Shown: one piece after another, positions 9,261-16,950 of the stretch
Position numbering within the stretch: position 1 is the stretch's first letter
Layout: the number at the start of each line of letters is the position of its first letter
Assembly (NCBI GenBank): GCA_029250565.1
Contig: JAQXFA010000136.1
Location: 1 to 30,599, forward strand
Length of the DNA stretch: 30,599 nucleotides
DNA from: Candidatus Thalassarchaeaceae archaeon
Lineage (GTDB): Archaea; Thermoplasmatota; Poseidoniia; Poseidoniales; Thalassarchaeaceae
Direction: 5' to 3'
The notes under the pieces: model-generated
Seen by the model: the letters and a program-made list of their open reading frames with translations, nothing else
Told to the model about the DNA's origin: nothing
Database searches by the model: none
Position numbers and translations under genes: made by a program

Positions 9261-10985
9261 TCAGAGTAAGGTATTTTCAATGGGCGCTTCATCAAGATGG
9301 AAAAACGAGTAAACAGCCCACCAAGTAATGAAATCAAGGCTATTTACGAGGTTAGTTACGCCGGTATTTTCTTCCCCGTAGTCCTTACCTGTTGTATCCA
9401 TCCAAGCCTCCATTTCTTCTAGAGTATCACATACTTGGTGATAGCACCAATACCCATCAACAAGTCCCCCAAAACCAATCGTCACAGTTCCTAGATTATC
9501 TTGGAAGGAAGCGTGGTCAGAACGTGCTGTTGTATCTTCATAGATGATAATTTCCGGTCTATCTGAAGCCATCCATGAATTATATTTCCAAGTTGCTTCT
9601 TCAAAACCTTCACCAGTTAGGGTGCCAATCTGTTGCTCAACACCCAACGCATCAGAGCCAATCCATTCTTGCAATCCAACGAGTTCTTTTTGGCTGAGAT
9701 TTTGATAAGAGTCAGTAGGCCCAATATAGACTCGCATTGGCCAAACTTCCTCATCTTTAGGATAGCCATCCTCATCAGGGGTTGGTTCAGGGTCACCATG
9801 TGGTGCACCTCCACCTCCTGGCCAATTTACACCAGCCATATCCAAATTGATGTAATTGGTTACAGTTACTTCGGGGTGGTCTTCTTTGACATAGAAATCA
9901 GTCCAATAATCACTTCCTCGCTTGCCCCCTTCTTCACCAGACCAAAGGCAGAAAACCATTGATCGTCGCGAATCAAAATTTGACATCATTTTTGCAGTCT
10001 CTAACACCATACTTGTTCCCGCAGTGTTATCATAAGCACCAACTCTCGTACCGTATGTTCTGCTTCCAGTGATATGTGGGTCAAGTAGTGGTATAGCGCT
10101 GTTTGCTGGTGGAGCAATGTCAAAATGAGCACCAAATACTAACCACTCGTTTGGCACTTCTTTACCCCAACGATAACCACATACATTCAGTGCCTCAGGG
10201 TTTTGTTTACTGAATATATCAGTGAATTCAAAACGATGTTTAATGACCTCTAACCCAAAAGATTCCAATTCAGCGACTAAATAGTTTGCAGCATCTTCGT
10301 ATGCAGGGTTTCCTTGTCCCGCCCAACGGTCCCAGTAACCCATTCTACGGTCAATATCTGTTGTATCAGGTGTTGGATCTGTGATTTCATACAAGCGGTC
10401 GTAAACAGTTCGGCCATTCATTATTCCAGTAGCAAAATCACCACCCGCATCAGGCCCAAAACCAGGTGCAGAAGGGCGAATCACTGTAAACGTTTGAAAA
10501 GCGACCTTACCACCATTTTCAGTTGAGTAATTAATTGAATCAAATGAACTATTTTCCCCAACAACGCGAGCAATACCACCATGTGAAGGTGGGTTAGCAC
10601 CACCATCCCCAACCCATGTGCTCCATGAGGTGTTTGATTCTCTTGTTGGCCAATCTACTCGCCCTAGTTCACCTATCATAAATAATGCAATTTCAGCCCG
10701 CGGCGGTGCTAGGATTGAAACTTCAACAGAACTACCTTTTTTGATATCAATTATCGTAGAGTTTTGTACATAACCACTATCTGGGTTCATAATCAAATAC
10801 GGGATGTATACAGATAAGTCATTACTAGCTGAGAATTTTACATTTTGAAATATCCCGCCGATCAATGTTTGAACACCAACATCCAAGTCCTCAGCAACTG
10901 GCACCCCTTCATCATTTGATCCCAAACAACCAGCAAACATTGAGGTTGTAAAGAGCAAGGTGAGTAGCACCGCCTTGACTCGCAT
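9261..10985 (-). CDS. M28-family zinc aminopeptidase, predicted secreted lipoprotein
   Basis: GAHFD, GAYDNTAG, GEEGG, NLDM, YHQVCD metal-ligand motifs. Start at ATG 10985 gives MRVKAVLLTLLFTTSMFAGC, a signal peptide with lipobox-like FAGC. TTCAA at -30..-26. Confidence 0.85.
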   Translation of the reverse strand: MRVKAVLLTLLFTTSMFAGCLGSNDEGVPVAEDLDVGVQTLIGGIFQNVKFSASNDLSVYIPYLIMNPDSGYVQNSTIIDIKKGSSVEVSILAPPRAEIALFMIGELGRVDWPTRESNTSWSTWVGDGGANPPSHGGIARVVGENSSFDSINYSTENGGKVAFQTFTVIRPSAPGFGPDAGGDFATGIMNGRTVYDRLYEITDPTPDTTDIDRRMGYWDRWAGQGNPAYEDAANYLVAELESFGLEVIKHRFEFTDIFSKQNPEALNVCGYRWGKEVPNEWLVFGAHFDIAPPANSAIPLLDPHITGSRTYGTRVGAYDNTAGTSMVLETAKMMSNFDSRRSMVFCLWSGEEGGKRGSDYWTDFYVKEDHPEVTVTNYINLDMAGVNWPGGGGAPHGDPEPTPDEDGYPKDEEVWPMRVYIGPTDSYQNLSQKELVGLQEWIGSDALGVEQQIGTLTGEGFEEATWKYNSWMASDRPEIIIYEDTTARSDHASFQDNLGTVTIGFGGLVDGYWCYHQVCDTLEEMEAWMDTTGKDYGEENTGVTNLVNSLDFITWWAVYSFFHLDEAPIENTLL

Positions 10986-11041
10986 CAACAATGCGAACAT
11001 CAATTCCCTGTTGAACCCAACGATTGGTGGAGCGCGCGTTT

Positions 11042-11842
11042 TCACCTGAAGAAAAGCCGTAAACAAGTGAGCGAACCATCAGCACAACGAATATGCTCCA
11101 TATCAACACATGTTACACTGAATCCATGCTGAGACAGTAATTCTGCAGTTTTTGGGTAACCATCTGAGATGATTACACACCCATTTTCAAACCCAATTAT
11201 GTTTGCCGCATATGATTCTTCATTCGGCACCCAAATAATTTCTGCATCAATCCCATCAAACTGTTCTGGTTGTAAGTGCCCCTCTGCAGTAACTAAAACC
11301 CCAGGGGCGGGTGAAGAGCAGATAGTCGAAAGATGAAGTGTGCTTGGGGGGATGTCAAAAACAAAAGTTTTGAATCCCCTATCATGGCAGACATTTTCAA
11401 TAAATTCTACACCTTCAGTATTTGTTCTAGTTGAACGCCCAATTAGAAAACAATCATCATAAAAAACAACATCCCCACCATCTAATTTCGCATTTTCAGG
11501 CATGAAAATAGTTTCCAAATGTTGAGAAAGAGCTTCTGCAATACTTTCAGCCTCCCCTCTACGACTTGGGTGACCAAGATTACAGATTACAGCCGCACCA
11601 CCCACAATAACAGCAGCATCTTCAACAAAACAACAATCAGGATGATTTTCTAAACCAGGGAGGATAGTAACTTCCAAACCATTTTCTTCTAAAGCCTCTA
11701 CATATTTGTTATGGGCTTGAATAGAAGCCTCAACATCTGTTGGCCCTGTTCCGAAATAATTTGCTAAAGCCTTGGTAAAATTTGGAGATATTTGACGAAC
11801 CAGCCCGCCCGACCGATAGCGTCTATCCCAATCTCCCATCAT
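11042..11842 (-). CDS. Amidinotransferase-superfamily hydrolase, dimethylargininase (DDAH)-like
   Basis: CFVEDAA, LDGGDV, GRSTRTN, LHLST (catalytic His), DGSLTC (catalytic Cys). Start placed at ATG 11842/11839; the track's extension overlaps the upstream gene. Confidence 0.82.
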   Translation of the reverse strand: MMGDWDRRYRSGGLVRQISPNFTKALANYFGTGPTDVEASIQAHNKYVEALEENGLEVTILPGLENHPDCCFVEDAAVIVGGAAVICNLGHPSRRGEAESIAEALSQHLETIFMPENAKLDGGDVVFYDDCFLIGRSTRTNTEGVEFIENVCHDRGFKTFVFDIPPSTLHLSTICSSPAPGVLVTAEGHLQPEQFDGIDAEIIWVPNEESYAANIIGFENGCVIISDGYPKTAELLSQHGFSVTCVDMEHIRCADGSLTCLRLFFR

Positions 11843-11937
11843 TTTCTCGGCCACCTTGCAGACCATAAGTGTTCGGAATCCGGAAACATCCCACCAACAA
11901 ACGGAAACCATTAGCCCAAGTGAAATAAAAAGCAAAA

Positions 11938-12900
11938 TTATTTTTCCAAACCTTCCAAAAGGAACCACATAATCAATGGTAAAACAATAGTCGCATCAGA
12001 TTCAATCACATATTTCGGCGTATCAACCCCCAACTTTTCCCAACTTATTTTTTCATTTGGCGGTGCGCCAGAATATCCACCATAAGAGGGATTTGATTCA
12101 GAAATTTGAGCGAACCAACTCCACAAATCCACATCTTCTCCAAGATCTTGGCGTAACATCGGTACTACACAAATAGGGAAATCACCAGCAACCCCTCCAC
12201 CAACTTGCAAAATACCTAGTGGTGATTCTTGTTCTTGATACCATGAGGAAATATCACCCATCCGTTGCAAGTCGCTTGTGATGATACTATCGCTTGAAAT
12301 AGTTCCATCAATTAATCGAGCTGAGAAAATATTCCCTAATGTACTATCAGCCCAAGCTGGAGTAAAAATAGGAATTTGCATTTCCTGGGCTGCAACTAAC
12401 CAACTATCTTCGGGTCTGGCTTGAAATTCAATATCTTCTGAATTAATGACATCAAACAAATAATGATGAGGGGGTTTAGTTTCCTTATTTTTTTCCGCTT
12501 CTAACCATTTTTGTAAAAGAACGCTTTCTACTACACGAATAGCCTCTGTTTCTGGAATACAAGTGTCAGTAACTCGGTTCAATCCCTTTTCTTGTAATTT
12601 AGCATCATCTTCAGCGGTGAGGTTCCGCCAATCTATTTTTTCATACGAACTATGAGCAACTAGATTGAACAAGTCTTCTTCTAAATTTGCGCCAGTACAT
12701 GAGATAGCGTGGACTAAACCAGCACGGATTGCAGGCGCTAAAGAGCGCCCGATTTCAGCCGTTGACATAGCACCAGCTAAAGTTACAATCAACTTCCCGC
12801 CGTGGGTAAGAAACCCCTCAAGTGAACGAGCACAATCAGCCAACGCCCCCGCGTTGAAATGATGATAATTATGGTCAATGAATTGACGTACACCAGACAC
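11938..12900 (-). CDS. Deoxyhypusine synthase-like protein, short bacterial-type clade
   Basis: HFNA, TLAGAMSTAE, SCTGANLEED, NRVTDTCIPE, GGGVAGDFPIC, YSGAPPNEKISWEK (catalytic Lys position kept), IESDATIV. GTG 12900 is preceded by AAGGAGTGA, which contains the upstream stop codon. Confidence 0.88.
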   Translation of the reverse strand: MSGVRQFIDHNYHHFNAGALADCARSLEGFLTHGGKLIVTLAGAMSTAEIGRSLAPAIRAGLVHAISCTGANLEEDLFNLVAHSSYEKIDWRNLTAEDDAKLQEKGLNRVTDTCIPETEAIRVVESVLLQKWLEAEKNKETKPPHHYLFDVINSEDIEFQARPEDSWLVAAQEMQIPIFTPAWADSTLGNIFSARLIDGTISSDSIITSDLQRMGDISSWYQEQESPLGILQVGGGVAGDFPICVVPMLRQDLGEDVDLWSWFAQISESNPSYGGYSGAPPNEKISWEKLGVDTPKYVIESDATIVLPLIMWFLLEGLEK

Positions 12901-12904
12901 AAAA

Positions 12905-13333
12905 TCACTCCTTATTTTGTGATATATCATCGTGAAGAAATCGCTCAACTACGTTACGATTCATTAATTTCAACTTTTCACATTTAGCAATTAGTTTAGC
13001 ATGGATAATATCAGCCAAATCATTAGGGTCATGTGCTCCACAAGTGAAAGCATCAATCGCCAACCAACCCTTTTCAGAGTAACAGTGAGCAGTAACATGG
13101 CTCTCATCAATTAGAACAATTGCAGCAAACCCAGGGGGACTTTCAACCCCATCAAATACTTCACAATGCGCGTGTACTTCTTTGACTCCACACTCTTTCA
13201 CACTTGAGCGTAGTAGTGATAATACCCAAGCATCAATATTTTCAACTTCTGGATTAAAATTGACATAGTCAAGATAGACATGACGGCCATGGGCGAATCG
13301 TGCATCCAAGCCATCAGTCAGGTTGTTCACCAC
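12905..13333 (-). CDS. speD: Pyruvoyl-dependent decarboxylase proenzyme, AdoMetDC (SpeD/SpeH) family; substrate uncertain
   Basis: HGRHVYLD, GFAAIVLIDESHVTAHCYSE (ESH autocleavage site), IDAFTCG. 142 aa. Confidence 0.82.
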   Translation of the reverse strand: MVNNLTDGLDARFAHGRHVYLDYVNFNPEVENIDAWVLSLLRSSVKECGVKEVHAHCEVFDGVESPPGFAAIVLIDESHVTAHCYSEKGWLAIDAFTCGAHDPNDLADIIHAKLIAKCEKLKLMNRNVVERFLHDDISQNKE

Positions 13334-13424
13334 TTACCGCGAGGTGGGGTGATATTTCAATTCAACACTGTTCCACAATAACAAGTAATCATCCAATTCT
13401 GATGGGGTCAAGTTTGTGTTTTGA

Positions 13425-13508
13425 TGCAGAGGGCAGGATTTGAACCTGCGAACCACTGAGGACTAGGACCTCATCCTAGCGCCGTTGACCAAGCTTGGCA
13501 ACCCCTGC
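13425..13508 (-). tRNA. tRNA-Leu, anticodon GAG, no encoded CCA, no intron
   Basis: Minus strand: acceptor GCAGGGG/CCTCTGC plus discriminator A; D arm GCC...GGC with G15 and GG; anticodon stem CTAGG/CCTAG, loop ATGAGGT; long variable region; T arm GCAGG-TTCAAAT-CCTGC. Confidence 0.96.
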
Positions 13509-13636
13509 GTAAGGTGAACGGGGTAACTGTTTGATTTCAATTCAACGGTTACGTATATTTCAGGTATGTGTTGGAGCCCGTATTCCGCCTCACTCAAGTA
13601 GGAAATACCCACCCGCGCAACTCAGAAGGTGAGACA

Positions 13637-14731
13637 TTGGGAGACAATATTCCACTTGGTCGAATGTTCATCAATGATGAAATGAGAGAGGTTGTAAGCG
13701 ACGTTCTTGATTCAGGTAGATGGATTAAAGGCCCGCATTCCAAAGCATTTGGAGCAGAGTGGGCGGCATATTGTGGTGCGCTTGCAGGAACCCCATGCTC
13801 GAATGGATCAACCGCATTAATCGCTGCACTGCGGCTACTTGATGTAGGGTATGGTGATGAAGTAATTGTTCCATCACACACATTCATTGCTAGTGCTACT
13901 TGTATTGATCAGGTCGGAGCAACTCCTGTTTTTGTTGATGTTGAAGAAGAATATCACACATTATGTCCTGATGAAGTTGAGAAGGCAATTACAGACGCTA
14001 CAAAAGCAATTATCGCTGTCCACCTGTATGGTCAACCAATATCATCTCGAGTTTTTGAGATTGCAAAGAACCACAATATCCCCTTGATTGAAGATTCAGC
14101 CCAAGCACATGGTGCAGAATTGAACGGACAGAGAATTGGTAGCATAGGGGATTTAGCAACATTTTCCTTTTTCCCAAGTAAAAACATGGCTGTTGGCGGA
14201 GATGGTGGTTCAATATTAGCAAACCGTGAAGATTTAGCAGACAAAATCAGCATGGCAATCGATCACGGTCGCTTGGACAAATATCGACACGATTTCCTTG
14301 GTTCTAATTTCCGTCTTTCAGAAATGCAATGCGCTGTTGGCAGAGTCCAACTCAAACACTTGGATGACTGGGTAGCAAGACGTAACGAAATCGCAGCCCG
14401 ATATAATGAAGCATTTTCTTCCCTTGAATGGACTAACCCTCCAGCAATACGTGAAGGTGCATTACACGCTTGGCATCAGTATGTTTTGCGTGTAGATAAC
14501 CGTGATGAGTTCCAAGCACACATGGATGAGCAAGGAGTTTCAACAGGAATTCATTATCCCATCCCTTGCCACCTTCAACCATTGTATGAGAGTCATACAC
14601 AGCACCGACAGGGCGCATTACCAATTACTGAAGCAATATGTGAGAGTGTAGTTTCTATTCCTGTTCATCCCCATCTTTCAGATGACGAAGTTGATCAGGT
14701 AATTTCTGCTGTTAAGTCATTTCAGCCTTGA
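13637..14731 (+). CDS. DegT/DnrJ/EryC1/StrS-family PLP-dependent nucleotide-sugar aminotransferase (WbpE-like)
   Basis: SNGSTAL, VPSHTFIAS, VHLYGQ, IEDSAQAHG, SFFPSKNMAVGGDGG (PLP Lys). TTG 13637 follows a GGTGA RBS and gives the usual IPL N-terminus (track start 13568). Confidence 0.92.
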   Translation: MGDNIPLGRMFINDEMREVVSDVLDSGRWIKGPHSKAFGAEWAAYCGALAGTPCSNGSTALIAALRLLDVGYGDEVIVPSHTFIASATCIDQVGATPVFVDVEEEYHTLCPDEVEKAITDATKAIIAVHLYGQPISSRVFEIAKNHNIPLIEDSAQAHGAELNGQRIGSIGDLATFSFFPSKNMAVGGDGGSILANREDLADKISMAIDHGRLDKYRHDFLGSNFRLSEMQCAVGRVQLKHLDDWVARRNEIAARYNEAFSSLEWTNPPAIREGALHAWHQYVLRVDNRDEFQAHMDEQGVSTGIHYPIPCHLQPLYESHTQHRQGALPITEAICESVVSIPVHPHLSDDEVDQVISAVKSFQP

Positions 14732-15251
14732 TCGGGGCGCGGGTAATTTGCTAGCGCCTGGTTTGACCACACATCATCTTGTCCTGTAAGTTCACGTCCA
14801 ACCCAATTTGGTAAGGTGATAGAATAATCAAGTACGGGTATTTCTATTTCAGCGATAACCAAACCAGAATTATTACCTTAAAGAAATCAATTTCCCAAAA
14901 CAAATCATCATTTGTTGGAATTTTATAGCGCGTTTTTTCAACGCTTGGATATTTTCTAGAATTAACAATTTCAAGCACTGATTCCAACGGTATTTCATTT
15001 TCAAATTCCAGTCTAATTGGGCCATCAGATCGGTTTTTTGCTGTTGCAATAGCTGTATTTCCATGCACTCTAAATCGATATGCAGAGAGCGGGTCGGCCA
15101 ACACCTCTTCTAATTCACCAATTTCACCTGGCCAAAAATTCAACCAATCCTCTGAAGGGAGATAGCACTGTATCATTCGTATACCCTCTCCGAGTGGAGG
15201 TAATATGGTCGAATCTTCAATCAAAAATTTCCGCTCAATTTCAATACCCAC
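14722..15251 (-). pseudogene. CYTH-domain (triphosphate tunnel) protein interrupted by a 1-nt frameshift near 14878-14880
   Basis: N-terminal EIERKFL, later EFE, KTRY, WEIDFF. The frame then shifts; the alternative frame continues GNNSGLVIAEIE...LPNWVGRELTG...WSNQALA to TGA at 14724-14722, which is the typical CYTH C-terminus. Real lesion versus sequencing error cannot be decided. Confidence 0.85.
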
Positions 15252-15307
15252 GTAATCCCCCCATGTTGTGCTATTACCGCTCCACAGTCAATGTTTCGGG
15301 CGTGGCG

Positions 15308-15312
15308 TTGAA
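15308..15312 (+). promoter_or_regulatory. TATA-like element TTGAA at -30..-26 of the acetyltransferase ATG (example of a recurring motif)
   Basis: The same or similar pentamer occurs at the same offset before ATGs at 8305, 10985, 18317 and 19385. Confidence 0.55.
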
Positions 15313-15337
15313 GTGTTAGTCGCCTGAGGCGTACCAT

Positions 15338-15793
15338 ATGGGGGAACCACGCCGCATCCAATCAGGAATTGTAGATGTAGAATTTGGAGAAGGTGTCACA
15401 GTTATTGAACCAACCAATATCTATGGTTGTAAAATAGCTGATAATGTGTTTATCGGCCCCTTCGTAGAAATCCAGCGCAGAGTGGCAATCGGCGCCCGCA
15501 CGCGTGTGCAGAGCCACGCATTCATCTGTGAACTGGTGACTATTGGTGAAGACTGCTTCATCAGTCATGGTGCGATGTTCATCAACGACCCATTCCGAAT
15601 AGGTGGTCCGGCTCGCGGCGATCAAACCCAATGGAAAGAGACAGTCATTGGTAATCGAGTGAGCATCGGCACGAATGCTACCATCATGCCCGTTAGTATC
15701 TGCGATGATGTCGTGGTTGGAGCAGGTAGTGTAGTTACCAAAGACATCACTGAATCAGGTACCTACGCAGGTAACCCTGCTCGAAAAATGTGA
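15338..15793 (+). CDS. Left-handed beta-helix (hexapeptide repeat) acetyltransferase, WxcM/WbpD-like
   Basis: Hexapeptide repeats (IADNVFIG, IGARTRVQ, IGEDCFIS, IGNRVSIG), GAGSVVTKD, YAGNPAR. Confidence 0.88.
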   Translation: MGEPRRIQSGIVDVEFGEGVTVIEPTNIYGCKIADNVFIGPFVEIQRRVAIGARTRVQSHAFICELVTIGEDCFISHGAMFINDPFRIGGPARGDQTQWKETVIGNRVSIGTNATIMPVSICDDVVVGAGSVVTKDITESGTYAGNPARKM

Positions 15794-15797
15794 TTTT

Positions 15798-16025
15798 ATG
15801 TTCCAACGATTATTGGAACATCCATTGTTCAAATCATTCCTTGCATATTCCATTTTTCGCGCATTCTATGGGGTGGGCATCCTTCTAGTCACCTGGTTTT
15901 TTGCCACGAAAACCGAGGCATCCCTGTGGATGTCAATCGGCTTTCTTTTATGTTCAATGGTTTTTTCTCGTATATTGTTCAGATACATCAAGAAGAGCCG
16001 TGAAAGTGAAGAGCAAAATAAGTAA
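15798..16025 (+). CDS. Small hypothetical membrane protein (2 TM)
   Basis: 75 aa with two hydrophobic segments and a basic tail. Starts 4 nt after the acetyltransferase stop and fills the gap before the convergent kinase gene. Confidence 0.6.
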   Translation: MFQRLLEHPLFKSFLAYSIFRAFYGVGILLVTWFFATKTEASLWMSIGFLLCSMVFSRILFRYIKKSRESEEQNK

Positions 16026-16032
16026 AACCAAC

Positions 16033-16950
16033 TCAAAAAGGGAGTGGTTTGTCAAGTCGTTCAACCATCTCAACATACCTATTTGTGTGTTCAGTTCCTG
16101 GTATATTTATGACGAATTGCCAATACCTCCACGCAGCAACAGCCAATACAGAATATCGGTGAAGGTCAGGAAGTGCTGCTTTTTCAACATCACTCAATGG
16201 TCGAACAGATTCGTAGCCAGCTAGTAGTGAATGCCATCGTTCACCGTTAGGAAAGCCATCTTCCCATCCGAACCCGACGTATGTTGTAACCAAATCCATA
16301 GCTAAGGATTCAATACAAATTTCTTCAAAATCTAGTAGCGCTCGTACTTCCCCTTCTACCCCAATTACGTTGTCAGGATAGAGATCTCCGTGAATAATTC
16401 CACGAGGTAAATCATCAGGGATGCTTTCTTTTAACGCCGCCATTTCTGTTTCTAATAATTCGATAAATGAAGTGGTAGTATTATTTTTCTTTGCTTCATC
16501 AATCATCTGCTGCCAAAAAATATATCCAATTGAAAAAGTTGAAGAAATACCATCACAAATTGGTACCTTGTGTAATAGTGCTTGTATCCTCCCCAAATCA
16601 TAGAGTGATTTAGAGTCAGAAGGAAGCCACCCGCCGCTCACGAACGGCATTAACATCCACGCCTGCCCATTTTTGACAAGCATTCTCTTCCCATTTTTCA
16701 GAACTAATGCATTTGGTGTTGGTATTCCATGTTTTTCTAACCAACAACTTTGCTCAATTATATTTTCAACTTCATCAGGGGGCCGCTCATCCCAGACTTT
16801 CAAAACCAACTCAGTTCCATCTTCTAAAGTGGCTAAATAATTTGAATTCGCCCAACCGCCCTTAAGTGGTGTTATTTCTCTTAATTTAGCAATGTTTGCT
16901 AAGTCAATGAAGGCAGAAGCCTCGTTGAATGAGACTTCAGTGTAAGCCAT
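16033..16950 (-). CDS. APH/choline-kinase-fold phosphotransferase, type II homoserine kinase-like
   Basis: GGWANSNY, LVLKV, IIHGDLYPDNV (Brenner motif), LLDFE. ATG at 16950 overlaps the TGA of the glycosyltransferase (TGATG). Confidence 0.8.
   Translation of the reverse strand: MAYTEVSFNEASAFIDLANIAKLREITPLKGGWANSNYLATLEDGTELVLKVWDERPPDEVENIIEQSCWLEKHGIPTPNALVLKNGKRMLVKNGQAWMLMPFVSGGWLPSDSKSLYDLGRIQALLHKVPICDGISSTFSIGYIFWQQMIDEAKKNNTTTSFIELLETEMAALKESIPDDLPRGIIHGDLYPDNVIGVEGEVRALLDFEEICIESLAMDLVTTYVGFGWEDGFPNGERWHSLLAGYESVRPLSDVEKAALPDLHRYSVLAVAAWRYWQFVINIPGTEHTNRYVEMVERLDKPLPF

Noticed and set aside
13425-13460. tRNA-Leu as integration site of a genomic island carrying the sugar genes
   Set aside because: No duplicated tRNA 3' end and no integrase seen in the window; the sugar genes lie on the 5' side of the tRNA.
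13354-13546. CRISPR repeat remnant (minus strand ends in ATTGAAAT, like ATTGAAAN repeat ends)
   Set aside because: Only two 13-bp copies, 180 nt apart with a tRNA between them, and no cas genes; promoter position explains it better.
14870-14890. Programmed -1 ribosomal frameshift in the CYTH gene
   Set aside because: TTC TTT AAG is not an X XXY YYZ slippery heptamer and no clear stimulatory structure follows; a simple indel is more parsimonious.
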